Positions 11,969 through 22,725 of a DNA stretch of 64,000 bases are shown one piece after another (within the stretch, counting starts at the first letter, position 1; each line of letters opens with the position of its first letter). Origin of the DNA: Candidatus Bathyarchaeota archaeon (GTDB lineage Archaea > Thermoproteota > Bathyarchaeia > Bathyarchaeales > Bathycorpusculaceae); assembly GCA_963720565.1 (NCBI GenBank), contig CAVRFW010000007.1, forward strand, positions 1-64,000. The letters are read 5' to 3'. Below the pieces are notes generated by a model. The model worked only from the letters and a program-made list of their open reading frames with translations. It did no database searches and was not told where the DNA came from. Both the position numbers and the translations under genes were made by a program.

Positions 11969-12946
11969 ATGAAGATTGCTATTTGTGGCGGGGGCTGGTC
12001 TGGACGCCTCCTCGCAGATACCTTATCAAATGAACATGAAGTAACGGTTTATGAAAGGAGCAAACAGCTGAAGGTAGTCTGCGCATGTGGCATACCGACT
12101 TCTCGTTTAACTGAAATATCAAAGGAGCATGGCCTAAACGCTGAAGACTATATTCTCTGGAAGTCTAAGACTCTCACGACGGAGCATAGGGGAAAACTCC
12201 GCTACGTATCGCTAAAGGGATTATGTACTTTTGACAAGTTCCAATTCATGCAGGACCTGTGCGTTGACGTGAAGTTTTCTTCAAATATGAATCCCAAATC
12301 AAGAATCGCTGCTGATTTGGTTGTGGACGCCACTGGAACAAGAGAACTTCTAGGGCGCCTCCCCCAAGATCTACTCTATGTTATGTACCAAGTGAAGGCA
12401 CGGTTCAAGGAGCCTCCATTAAACGATTTTTACATGCGTTTTCCTTCGGACATGGGCAAGACTCTGTATCTCTGGTTTTTTCCAACTGGAGAGAGAGAAG
12501 CATATGTAGGCTGTGGTTCACTGCAAGGGTCAACAGCGGCAGAACAAGTAAATCGCTTCCTTCACAAATACAACGGAGAAACACTGGAGAAACAGGCTAA
12601 GCAACTGCGAATTAACCAGCCAAATCAAAGCCTCCCTTTCCATAAAGAAAACATTGTTGGGGTGGGCGGCAGCGTGGGGGGAATAAGTAGCTTCGCAGAA
12701 GGGAACGAACCGTCGGCAGTCACTGCAGACCTTTTAGCCAGAAACATCACCGATTTGGACGAATACCGAAAACAAGTCTTCAAACACCTTGAATGGCTAA
12801 AACAAGAATATGCCTACTACAATAGTCTCGCTCAAAATTCCAGATTAGGTTGGTTGTTAAACATATTGAAGCGGCATTCAACTAATAGAAAGCGCTATCG
12901 GGTTCCATTGAACCCACTTGCCATTAAAAAAACAACTTTTTCATAG
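11969..12946 (+). CDS. Geranylgeranyl reductase-like FAD-dependent oxidoreductase
   Basis: IAICGGGWSG Rossmann motif, VVDATG, YLWFFP..AYVGCG (GGR YxWxFP motif), AEG. Confidence 0.72.
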   Translation: MKIAICGGGWSGRLLADTLSNEHEVTVYERSKQLKVVCACGIPTSRLTEISKEHGLNAEDYILWKSKTLTTEHRGKLRYVSLKGLCTFDKFQFMQDLCVDVKFSSNMNPKSRIAADLVVDATGTRELLGRLPQDLLYVMYQVKARFKEPPLNDFYMRFPSDMGKTLYLWFFPTGEREAYVGCGSLQGSTAAEQVNRFLHKYNGETLEKQAKQLRINQPNQSLPFHKENIVGVGGSVGGISSFAEGNEPSAVTADLLARNITDLDEYRKQVFKHLEWLKQEYAYYNSLAQNSRLGWLLNILKRHSTNRKRYRVPLNPLAIKKTTFS

Positions 12947-13013
12947 CTAAAATGATGGTAGAAAAAAGGAGATTACACGGGAGACATATCAGCCCGAATG
13001 GGTCTCGTGCAGT

Positions 13014-13407
13014 CTACTCTTCTTGTTTCTTCGATAGGTAGGCTTCGACTTCAGCAAACTGTTTTTTGAATTCGCCTAAATCTATGCTGGTCGCATGTAT
13101 CATTTCGCTCCAACCCGTTGTAAAGCGGGTCTAGAAAAGCGGTTTCAGCGATTTCGTCGTCAGTAGCTCCGTTCATTTTAGCTGCCCGCGTATGGAAATG
13201 AATACAGTATGGACACTTGATTGTTGCTGCAATAGCCACGCCCATTAGCTCTTTGTACTTGGCGGGTATCTTGGTCTCCGAGAAAGAGTATTCTTTCATT
13301 AGAGCCCATTCGTGGGGAACAACGTCGTGCGGAATCCTTTTGAACTGGTCGAGAACGACGCCCATAGTTTTCTTGATGTCTTCAAGAGTTGACTCGTACT
13401 CTGACAT
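13014..13407 (-). CDS. Carboxymuconolactone decarboxylase/AhpD-family protein (frameshifted)
   Basis: IPAKYKELMGVAIAATIKCPYCIHFH, GATDDEIAE. Confidence 0.88.
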
Positions 13408-13519
13408 ATTCTATGAACACCTAGTTTTTCCTACCTGAAATCAGTCTATAAGCGTTTGTGATTGCATCCCACCTATCACATTGAGAATAGATAGAGAAGA
13501 AACGACCTATTTTCCAGAA

Positions 13520-14496
13520 TCAGAAGACAAATTTCGTGAGCAACAGCATTATCGACAGGATCATATAGGTTTGAGTGACCAACATTATCCACTTTGGATT
13601 TTCTGATGACAAATCCGTGATTTTTCCCTCCAGAGCGAGGCGGTCTTGGTTATCTGCATTTTCGTATTCTCTCGTTAGGCAGTATAGTTTCCAGAATTTT
13701 GACAGGACAAATAATACGACTATCGGTATTGCCAGAACGAAAACTCCTAAAACCGACAGTTGGTTACGAGACCCATTCTAGGAATAATGCTGTTGCAGTC
13801 AAAGCCGCACCTGCGCTCAACAAAACAATGCCCATCAAAGCTGCTCTGGATAGACCCATGCGCACCGTTAGAGTTTGAATGTCCATGGCTTTGTCACCGA
13901 AATAGTCTCGAATTTCAGTAGGCACGATAACGCCGTACACAGTAAGGGATAGACCTGCAAGAGACATTAGAAAATAGGTGTTGATTTCAGAGGTGAATGC
14001 GTAGTAAGCGAACAGTACGGGAAATACTGCCAGAACAAGCATCTGGCAGATCGGTCCGATCCAAAACCTTGCTTTTAACCGCAGAGGCGGAGCTGAAAAT
14101 GCGATTCCCAAGGAGATGCCTACTATCCAGAGTGCGAGCAAGATTGGCTCCTGCATATACAGCGCCAGCGCTGAAACCAGAACGAGAGTCAAGCAAGATT
14201 TCAAGAATCATGACGTTTCTGACTTTCTTGTGTCCAAACGAGTCCAGCGCTTGAACTAGTTCTTTCTTGCGTTCATCCTTCAGGTCAAGTTTGTAGTCAT
14301 AGAGCGTGTTCGCTTGAGCGCCAATAATGGAGCTGAGGTTAATTATTAGAAAAGAAAGGACCACTGAGATTGTTCCATTTATCGGATCGATGGGTGGGCT
14401 GGCGCCCCATGCGAGACCCATGATCAGTGAGCCTAGATTTGGCAACAAGAATTCGGATCTGGATATTTTCGCGAATAGTTTTGCAGCGGTAGGCAC
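13520..14496 (-). CDS. UbiA-family prenyltransferase (frameshifted)
   Basis: NTLYDYKLD, FSAPPLRLK, EIRDYFGD, multiple TM helices. Confidence 0.85.
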
Positions 14497-14604
14497 GAAT
14501 GGACATCATCCTGCTCGCCTTAAAAATCTTGTCTCTAAAGTCTCAGTGCCTCTCCGCTCCGCCTCGCCGCACAACACTGCGGGCGCTATAAAAAAGAGAA
14601 GGAT

Positions 14605-15313
14605 TTAAGGTACTCCATAGAGCACCTGGATTCCTGCAATGTCCCCTGATTCCAAAGTCCTTTTCTCAGTCTCGCCAATGCTGCCATAGCCATACATGGT
14701 TTGTTCAGACTGCGCCTCTTTGTACAAGTCAGCAAGACCAAAGCCATGTCCAAGTTCATGCGTAGCAATGTTTTGCACATCCATTACACCTGAAGAAGCT
14801 AGGTTGCATCTCCCCAACTGTAATATGTATTGAAGACTATTTCAAAATCGACTAGTTCTCTAGTTGTTCTGTAGTACCAGAAAGTGCATTGTGCAATTAT
14901 GTTGGAGTCCGCAATAGATCCAAAGACTACTTCGTTTACCCTGTCCACTGTTGGTCCATCCAAATCAAACGTGGAGATCTCATAAGTGTTCACTAACTCA
15001 GCATGAGCTGCGATATCCCACGCCTCAGCACTCGCAATAATTGCACTTTCAATGAAATTGGCATTTAGTCCGCCTGGGTCGACCTTGACGGTTAGGGGCA
15101 GGGTGAGCCATTTGTAACCTGTGAGTTTATATAGGGCATTGGGGTCTTGCCGCCTCCTCCAGGAGTGCTTGGCGGCTTTGCATAGTAATCCTGAACTTCA
15201 ATTGTGTATGTTACTGAAGATAGTTCTCCGCAACTGGCTGAAACAACTAATGGTGTGGCTGCTAGGAATGTAGCTATGAAGGCTACTGCAAAGAATTTTT
15301 CAAAGTTTAGCAT
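14605..15313 (-). CDS. Secreted matrixin-like metzincin metalloprotease (frameshifted)
   Basis: Signal peptide, DVQNIATHELGHGFGLAD, Met-turn TMYG, GDIAGIQVLYG. Confidence 0.85.
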
Positions 15314-15589
15314 ATAATCAGCTTCCTTTGTTGAAACTAATAAGATTTGCTCCAAACAGAAAACATCCTGATGCAAGTTCTTCAGTATCTTGACCACTCT
15401 GACCAGTGTTCTCTCATTTTAAATCTATAGAAACCCAGACCAGACCCAGAACTCAGTTTGCACTTTCAGAATGGTTTGGCTGGGTCAAACTCGAAAAAGT
15501 GTTAAAGAAGGACATTGAGCCGTAAGACCTTGATTGGACTACCGAGAAGTAATTGTTAATCCAATTTCAATTCAATGAGATAGCTTGCT

Positions 15590-15652
15590 GAGGAATAAGC
15601 TACTACGAGTTTGTCTCACTTCTGGACGAAGCAGGCGTCAATCGATGCCTAG
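15590..15652 (+). pseudogene. 3' remnant of a UPF0175-like antitoxin
   Basis: GISYYEFVSLLDEAGVNR, overlapping the start of the PIN gene; no 5' part found. Confidence 0.45.
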
Positions 15653-16109
15653 CTGTCTTGTAGTCGATTCGTCGATTCTCATTTTCCTGGATAGGAAGGG
15701 GAAACTGGAAGGTTTCTTGCAGCAGAAAAGGAAAGAAAACTGCGTAAGTCATAATCCCGAAAGCGATAGAGCAGGAACTCGTTGACGAACCTCGACAGGG
15801 TTTGCAGCAAGAATCGAAAGCAACGTGCTCCAGATTTGGCAAGCAGAATACTCGATTCTGTCAGTGAAGAATTACTGCTGCTATTCAGCGAGGACTAATT
15901 CAAGTTCAAAGCAGGTGAACTACAGAAAGTACTCGAAAGTAATGGATAACGTCAGGAAACACTTAAGTAAGCTAGAATGCCAAGCCAGAGTACGCGGTAA
16001 GAAAGGGCGACACAGAACTGATAGCACTCGTCTATTCAACTCTACGACGAAACGAAGGAAACGGTCTTTGTTGCAACCTGTAGATAAAGGATTACTGAAA
16101 AGCGCTTAA
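15645..16109 (+). CDS. PIN-domain (DUF3368/VapC-like) protein (frameshifted or degenerate)
   Basis: LVVDSSILIFL, IIPKAIEQEL, DKGLLKSA. Confidence 0.6.
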
Positions 16110-16180
16110 AGCGCGCAAAGTCATAAATAGCGATTATGCACTTGGTGATTCTTTGGGGGAAGTTGTTAGTTTGGAGTTTG

Positions 16181-16624
16181 GTGGGAGGTGAGCGCATCAA
16201 GAGTATCATACGCAATATTCTTGAAGCATACAACAAGAAGGACTTAACGAGTATGCTTTCTTTCTTTGCTGATGATGCCGCCTATATTCGGTCTGAAGGA
16301 ACTTTTAGGGGAAAGGAAGAGATCAAGCGGTACTACACTTGGAGTTATTCGAATTATTCAGAGATATCTCTTGCAGAGAAAAGCATCGTTGTCGAAGGAG
16401 ACATGGCTGTCCTTGAGTGGGCTTTTGAAGGGACTTCTGTTAGGGGTGGCAGCAAGAAGGCGCAGCTGCAAGGGCTGGATATTTTTGAGTTCAAAAAGGG
16501 CAAAGTTCAGGAAGTTCATATTTATAAGGATAGACTTCTGGCTGCCAAACAGTTGGCAAGCGGGTGGTTTGAGAAGACAATAATAAATGGTGTTGTCGAT
16601 AGGATGGAAAAAGGTTTGCGCTAA
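16181..16624 (+). CDS. SnoaL/NTF2-like protein
   Basis: AYNKKDL..FFADDA, GKEEI, EGDMAVLEW, DIFEFKKGKV. Confidence 0.85.
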   Translation: MGGERIKSIIRNILEAYNKKDLTSMLSFFADDAAYIRSEGTFRGKEEIKRYYTWSYSNYSEISLAEKSIVVEGDMAVLEWAFEGTSVRGGSKKAQLQGLDIFEFKKGKVQEVHIYKDRLLAAKQLASGWFEKTIINGVVDRMEKGLR

Positions 16625-16719
16625 TACTTAGTGCACACCCCAAGACCAAAATTTAACGCGAAAAAGGAAAACTTGACAAGACGAAAAGGCTAAGTCTCCA
16701 TACCATGTAATTGAGCAGT

Positions 16720-17223
16720 ATGCCATTTACCCCTTACCATCTTGGTCCAGCATTATTGTTTGGTTTACTATTTCTTAGTTTCATTGATTTTCCAACATTT
16801 CTTGTTGCTAACGTCATTGTTGATATAGAACCATTTCTGGTTCTAGCATTAAACCTGAATTATCCACTTCATGGATTCTTTCATTCTTTCTTAGGTGGAA
16901 CATTAGTAGCGGTGCTCCTTGCTCTGATGATGCACCAAATTAGAGACAGGTTGTCTCCCTTGCTGTCTTTCTTTAAACTTGAACAAAAAATATCGTTTAT
17001 GAGAATATTAGTGGCGGCATTCTCAGGAATATACATACATATACTGCTTGATTCACGAATTTACACGGACATCCAGCCGTTCTATCCATCAACTTATAAT
17101 CCCCTACTAACTGCTGGACTTCTCGCTGGATTAGACGCATACATTTTCTGCATATGGTGTTTCTTTGGAGCGATAATCGTATACATTATCAGATTGTTAC
17201 TAATTTGGAGAAAATCAAGATAA
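16720..17223 (+). CDS. Membrane-bound metal-dependent hydrolase (DUF4184/YdjM-like)
   Basis: MPFTPYH, VDIEP, LHGFFHS, HILLD, QPFYP. Confidence 0.82.
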   Translation: MPFTPYHLGPALLFGLLFLSFIDFPTFLVANVIVDIEPFLVLALNLNYPLHGFFHSFLGGTLVAVLLALMMHQIRDRLSPLLSFFKLEQKISFMRILVAAFSGIYIHILLDSRIYTDIQPFYPSTYNPLLTAGLLAGLDAYIFCIWCFFGAIIVYIIRLLLIWRKSR

Positions 17224-17477
17224 AACAATTCTACCTTTCCTTTCTTTGCATTAAAATTTAACCCAACCAACCAACTGAACGGGCAACTACGCTGATGAAA
17301 TTGTAGAAAACAGGTATGGGCTGTGTATACAGGATTCAGGTCAGATATGGTTTGATTATTACAACATCAAGATGTAGGGTAGGCGTAGATTCAGATTCAA
17401 TTCAATTTCAATATAGGGTATACGTATAGACGGAAACGAGTATACGCCCTATTTCATTCATCATTTGCAGAAAAAGA

Positions 17478-17909
17478 TTACTTGATTTTGCTCCAGTTGT
17501 TTACAAATTGTTCAGGATTAGCATGCAACCTGAGTTCTATGCTAAGTCGGTCTTTTTCATCAACTTTCTGAATATATTTTCTCTGAGCTTGAATTATGAG
17601 TCGGAGCGTGGTCTAACTCTGTTTTTGATCCTTTATTGCCGTGAAAACGTCCCTGTTAAAACTGATGTCTCTCGAGGGCTGAACTTCTTCCATTCCGACT
17701 GAGACAACCGCCAGATACTTCGGACACCCAAGTTTCGAAGCAAAACCTTTGACGATTCTAATCGGAGCTTCTCTGAACTCTAAATCAAAAGCTTGAAAGT
17801 ACCTAAAAAGCAACTGTTGTGAAAAAGGAACAGAAAACTTGTAAATTGATGTGTCGCTTTTTTCAATTGCAAGTATTGTTTTTATAGGAACAGTCACTGC
17901 GCTACTCAA
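17478..17909 (-). CDS. Hypothetical protein (frameshift near 17615)
   Basis: 98-aa ORF continuing in another frame as TLRLIIQAQRKYIQKVDEKDRLSIELRLHANPEQFVNNWSKIK; GAGG RBS. Confidence 0.5.
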
Positions 17910-18044
17910 TCCCTCACTCGTTATTTACGCATAAACATACCTACCTACTCATATACACGGGCACGCGTATGCCCATTTGTGTATATGCGACAAAGAAACA
18001 AAGAATAAAAGTGCCTGACAGGGCATTTCTATTGGTTAGACAGG

Positions 18045-21000
18045 TTGAAATCTAAGGTTTTGCCTGAACCCATTCTAGTTGGCAGAGAAAGAGAACTCGA
18101 GGAGCTGCAGCGTTTTCTGGATGGAATTCTGGAGGGAGAAGGAACTGCGGTTTTCATATCGGGAGAGGCTGGAAGCGGAAAGACAAGATTAGCAGAGGAA
18201 TTCTTGAAGCAGGTCAAAGCCAAAGACGTTATTGTTTTAGCGGGTTCGTGCATGAGCAACGTCGCCATTCCCTATTTCCCGTTCATCGAAGCTTTCAGCT
18301 CCTTCGAATCTGATGATGAGAAAGAAATCAGAGCTTTTGACACAAGACAACTTAGCCTGAGAATAGCCTCAACCGAAACGGGTGCTGTCGAAGGTGTGGA
18401 CAAGGCAAAAGTGTGGACTCCTCAGATCTGGAGGGATCAAGCGTTTGCCACGATAACCGAAGAACTTTTGCGTTTGTCAACAGGCAAACCGACCGTTCTC
18501 TTCATAGATGATCTTCATTGGGCTGACTCAGCCTCACTCGCTTTGCTTCATTACGTTGCGCGAGCCGCCAAAATGGAGAGAATTCTGGTTCTGGGCTCTT
18601 TTCGAATTGAAGAAATAAAAGCATCCGTTGACGGGCAACCGCACCCTTTGACTGAAGTTTTACGGCTCATGGGTCGAGAAGACCTCTTCCAAGAGATAAA
18701 ACTCTCAAACCTAAATCAAAACGACGTCAGTAGAATTGCCGAAGATATGCTCGGAGGCGCATTAGATATGGAATCTGCTGAGAGGCTGTCAGAGGAAAGC
18801 GATGGTAACCCGCTTTTTGTGGTTGAATCGCTACGCATGATGCACAGTCAAGGCAAAATAAAGAAAGAACAGGGACAATGGCGCCTCGAAGACGCTGCCA
18901 TCGGCGTTCCAGACAAGGTAAAAGACGTAATCTTGCGAAGATTTGACTCGTTAAAAACCAATGAACGAAGGATTCTTGACGCAGCCTCAGTTATCGGCGA
19001 AAGATTTGCCTCCAAACTAGTGGCTGATGTGCTTTCCCAAAACAACCTCGGCGTCCTTGAAGCATTAAGAGCCATTGCACAGAATACTCTGCTGGCCCTT
19101 CCCGAAGGGAACGATTATAGATTCAAGCACGCCAAAATCCGTGAAATGCTCTGCAGCGAAATTCCACAATCACTTCGGGCAGAATATCACGCAAGAATCG
19201 CAGAGGCTCTGGAGGCAAACAGTCCTCCTGCTGCGCTTCCTCTTAACGACCTCGCCTATCATTACGCCAAAGCAGAAAACAAAGAAAAAGCTGTGAGGTA
19301 CTCTTTGCTGGCAGGACAAGACGCCCTGGCTCGATGCGCCAATACCGAAGCCATCAAACACTTCGAGTTCGCGTTAAACGCAGTTTCAACCGTCCCCGGA
19401 AAAGAAAATGAAAGAAGAACTGCCCTAGAAGGATTAGGAGATGCCTACTACGCCAACTGCATGTTTGAACAGGCCATCAGAGCCTACAAAGAGTTTGCAA
19501 GAATCGAGACAAGCCACGCTAAACTGAGGGCTCTAAGAAAAGAGATGGAGGCAGTCTGGTATAAGGACATGGATTCTCAACGGCTAATAGAGCTAATTAA
19601 ACAGGCTGAACCCTACATTGTTCTAGACCGTTTGGAGAGCGCACGCGTACGATGGAACAAAGGACGAGCGCTACTCTGGCTCGGAGATGTGAAATCAAGT
19701 CTAAATGCTCATGAAGAGGCGCTGAAGATTTTTGAAGAAGAAGGCTCCCTCATCGATGCAGCGTTTGCCCTGTGGGGAACTGGAATAACCCGCGCCGTCC
19801 TCGGCATAGATGAAGAAAAAGGGCTAGGCGAGATACTGCGAGGAATAGCGATCCATCAAGAACTAGGCGACGCCCATGGCGAACTACTCGCATGGAAAAA
19901 CGGCGGCGTTGACATATTCCACCTCTGCGGTCTTTTTGATGAAACATGCGATAACGCGGCAAACGTGCTGAGGCTAGGAGAAAAGCTCGGTGATTTTGAC
20001 AACATAGCTGGCACACTAATCTCAATGAGCGATATATCCGAATACAAAGGAAACCTCACGGAAGCTTTAGCACAAGCCTTGAAAGCCCAAGAATTCGCCC
20101 AAAAAACTGACGCGGAAGGCACAAAATGCAAGGTAAACGCCAAACTGGCTACACTCTACGCTTTACTCAATGACACAAGAAAAGCAGAGTTCTACTGCGA
20201 TGAAATGAATAAGACTCCCCCTGCAATCCGATTTCACCCAAGAAACATCCTTTACGTCACATTTGCCCCAGCGGTTTTGTTTGCGGTAAAGAAGCAATGG
20301 ACAGAAGCAGACAACGCGATCAAGCAAGCCCAAGAGGCCATTTCAAGAATGTATCCAAGAAACATGGGAGCTCAATTTTGGCTTCGATTCAACCAAGCCC
20401 TCATTCTTGGTCTTCGAGGAAGAACCGAGGAGGGAAAAACCCTCGACGCCGAGGCTGAAAGAATTCTCGAGAGAATTGAGAAGAGATTTGACAAGACCAA
20501 CATTCAGGCAAAGTTGACGGCGCCCAGAGAGATATCTGTTGACCAAGAATTCGAAATGCGTTTTGACGTAGTTAACGTCGGCAAGAAACCGGGTTCACTC
20601 CTCAAAATAGAGGAGATTGTAGCTCCCCAGTTCAAAATCGAGTCTTTGCCTTCTCAAACCAAAAATGAAAAGGGAAACCTTGAGATTCAAGAAGGTCACA
20701 TAAACCCTTTTCAAGTCAAAGTACTCAAACTGAAACTAAGTGCTTCAAGAGCAGGGTTACTTACCATAGAGCCCAAGATCATTTTCTCTGATGCCAGCGG
20801 AGAGACTAAAGCCTGCAAGGTAGAAGCAGTCAACATAAATGTCAAACATGCATTGCCCACAAAATCTGAAACCGCGCCTGCTATTTCCGAGCCCAATTCC
20901 GAGGCTGCCCAGAAAGCAATAGACTTCCTAATCACAGCCTTCAAAGAAGACTACGTTCAACGAAAACTGCTCCATGAAAAAGCCGGATGGAGAACCCTGA

Positions 21001-21227
21001 TGGACCTCGTAAAGCAAGGACAGCTAACGCCGTACAGCGTTTACGGGTCAGTCAATCACCGCGGAACAGCTGTGTCCGAACTGGAGCATTCAGGCTTAGT
21101 TGAGACCCGCGTATTCACTGGAGAAAGAGGTCGGGGAGGAAAAATACTCAAGCTCAGAATCGCTTACGAAAAAGAAGACGTAAAACAATACATTGATCAG
21201 CACAGTTCGGAAATGAAGAAAAAATAA
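18045..21227 (+). CDS. STAND-type NTPase with TPR repeats, Ig-like domain and C-terminal winged-helix-like domain
   Basis: LVGRERE, Walker A GEAGSGKT, Walker B LFIDDLHWAD, GNPLF, FKHAKIRE, helical repeats, beta-rich VVNVGK segment, GWRTL...ELEHSGLVETR..GRGG. Confidence 0.88.
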   Translation: MKSKVLPEPILVGRERELEELQRFLDGILEGEGTAVFISGEAGSGKTRLAEEFLKQVKAKDVIVLAGSCMSNVAIPYFPFIEAFSSFESDDEKEIRAFDTRQLSLRIASTETGAVEGVDKAKVWTPQIWRDQAFATITEELLRLSTGKPTVLFIDDLHWADSASLALLHYVARAAKMERILVLGSFRIEEIKASVDGQPHPLTEVLRLMGREDLFQEIKLSNLNQNDVSRIAEDMLGGALDMESAERLSEESDGNPLFVVESLRMMHSQGKIKKEQGQWRLEDAAIGVPDKVKDVILRRFDSLKTNERRILDAASVIGERFASKLVADVLSQNNLGVLEALRAIAQNTLLALPEGNDYRFKHAKIREMLCSEIPQSLRAEYHARIAEALEANSPPAALPLNDLAYHYAKAENKEKAVRYSLLAGQDALARCANTEAIKHFEFALNAVSTVPGKENERRTALEGLGDAYYANCMFEQAIRAYKEFARIETSHAKLRALRKEMEAVWYKDMDSQRLIELIKQAEPYIVLDRLESARVRWNKGRALLWLGDVKSSLNAHEEALKIFEEEGSLIDAAFALWGTGITRAVLGIDEEKGLGEILRGIAIHQELGDAHGELLAWKNGGVDIFHLCGLFDETCDNAANVLRLGEKLGDFDNIAGTLISMSDISEYKGNLTEALAQALKAQEFAQKTDAEGTKCKVNAKLATLYALLNDTRKAEFYCDEMNKTPPAIRFHPRNILYVTFAPAVLFAVKKQWTEADNAIKQAQEAISRMYPRNMGAQFWLRFNQALILGLRGRTEEGKTLDAEAERILERIEKRFDKTNIQAKLTAPREISVDQEFEMRFDVVNVGKKPGSLLKIEEIVAPQFKIESLPSQTKNEKGNLEIQEGHINPFQVKVLKLKLSASRAGLLTIEPKIIFSDASGETKACKVEAVNINVKHALPTKSETAPAISEPNSEAAQKAIDFLITAFKEDYVQRKLLHEKAGWRTLMDLVKQGQLTPYSVYGSVNHRGTAVSELEHSGLVETRVFTGERGRGGKILKLRIAYEKEDVKQYIDQHSSEMKKK

Positions 21228-21394
21228 GCTAAACGACAGACATCAAAACAAGTCCAACGCATTTCTATCCGCTCAAACAAACCTGCAAGATCAAATTTCA
21301 CGAATTTCTAGAAAATCAGCAAAAATGCTTACATATTTTTGTGATTGGAAAAACAATTAGTGAAACAAGTGAAACTTAAAGGGAGGTGATTGAA

Positions 21395-22026
21395 GTGAAG
21401 AAACTTGCAGTTGTAGTCTTAGCAATGGCTATGTTAATGATGCTTTAGTGGTCGTGCCCGTATATGGCAGTTCCAAAAGACTCGTCGCCAGCTTGGCATA
21501 CGTTCCTACTTCTGACACCGAGTGCTACAGCAATCACATATGATGAATTGACGGCGTTGTGTCTCGATGCGGGACTATACGAAAATCCCTATCCAGCCCC
21601 AACTGTACCAGTCGCCACTACCCCTAGGACCCGACGCAGACGGGAATCTTTATGTCTGCATGTAGCTGGCGAAACAGAATACTGTGTATTTACTATAACA
21701 ATCGGCGATGAAGTTTATGAAGGAGTCGCATGCGACCTTTTTGACATGACTTTCAATGTCGCGACAGGAGACGGGCAAATAGTGTACTATACGGCCCCGC
21801 GGTATTTTGGTGACCTTGGCAAAATGAATCACGGGTTTGTTGCGTTGTTAATGCGGATTTCTCGGCTATGGCACGCCAGACTACTACTTCACAGCAAGCT
21901 TACGTGCTTCAGGGCTTTGGTCATTTCACGGGTCAATCAGTGGTAATAACGCAGGACACCAGGATAACTGGTATGAACGGTCGCCACGGGTTATGTCCTC
22001 GTACTTGGAAACAAGTGGTCAAATAG
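21395..22026 (+). CDS. Secreted hypothetical protein (frameshifted; end approximate)
   Basis: GGAGGTGA RBS, signal peptide MKKLAVVVLAMAML; beta-rich mature part. Confidence 0.6.
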
Positions 22027-22398
22027 CATAACATTGCAAAATACACTCTTACTCCTCTTTTCTTTTTTTGTTGCTACCGTGTTTTGACAATGAGTGGTTA
22101 GATGCCAATGGAATACTGACTGAGTGACTGACGCCATACACGTATGAGAGAGTACACGTGTTTGGGGTTGGTTGGTTGGTTGGATTAAAATTTGGTGTAG
22201 AAAAAAAAAGACTAAATTTTAGACCAAAACAGATAGACTTTAGTTTGCAGCAGCATTCCAACGATTTTGATGAGTCTTGTCAGTTTGGGAAATTCCAAGG
22301 TTAAACGATTTCGGGGAGCTCGCTGAGTATGTAGCCGATGTAGACTGGGTCATGTTGAATCTGCAGGCCATCCCACACTGGAAAACAGATTCTTTAAA

Positions 22399-22722
22399 TC
22401 AGCGAGGACGAGCTACTGCGCCTGACCATAACTGATCGAAAAGCACTCTGAGGGCTCCCCACAACGGCTGAGCTGTCAGTCCACAAAGCGGCTTCCTCTT
22501 GACTTATTCTCGGAGTGGCAGCAGAGCGAGGGGTCAAAAAGAAAACTGCGCTCTCCTCGTCCTTTGTCGTGAAGCGACAGCAAAAGCTTGAATCGGTAAG
22601 ATGACGCCACTCAATACGATCGTTAACACCCTGACTTGAGGCTTCTGCGAGACCCTCACTGATGATTTTGTGGCTGTCCCCGAGAAGATTCAGACAAGAA
22701 TATTATTCTATTACCTGCCAGG
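22399..22722 (-). pseudogene. 3' remnant of a TrmB-type effector domain gene
   Basis: IEWRHL..CRFTTKDEESAVFFL..EAALWTDS..LRVLFDQLW with no start or HTH; abuts the stop of the phosphate regulator. Confidence 0.55.
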
Positions 22723-22725
22723 AAA

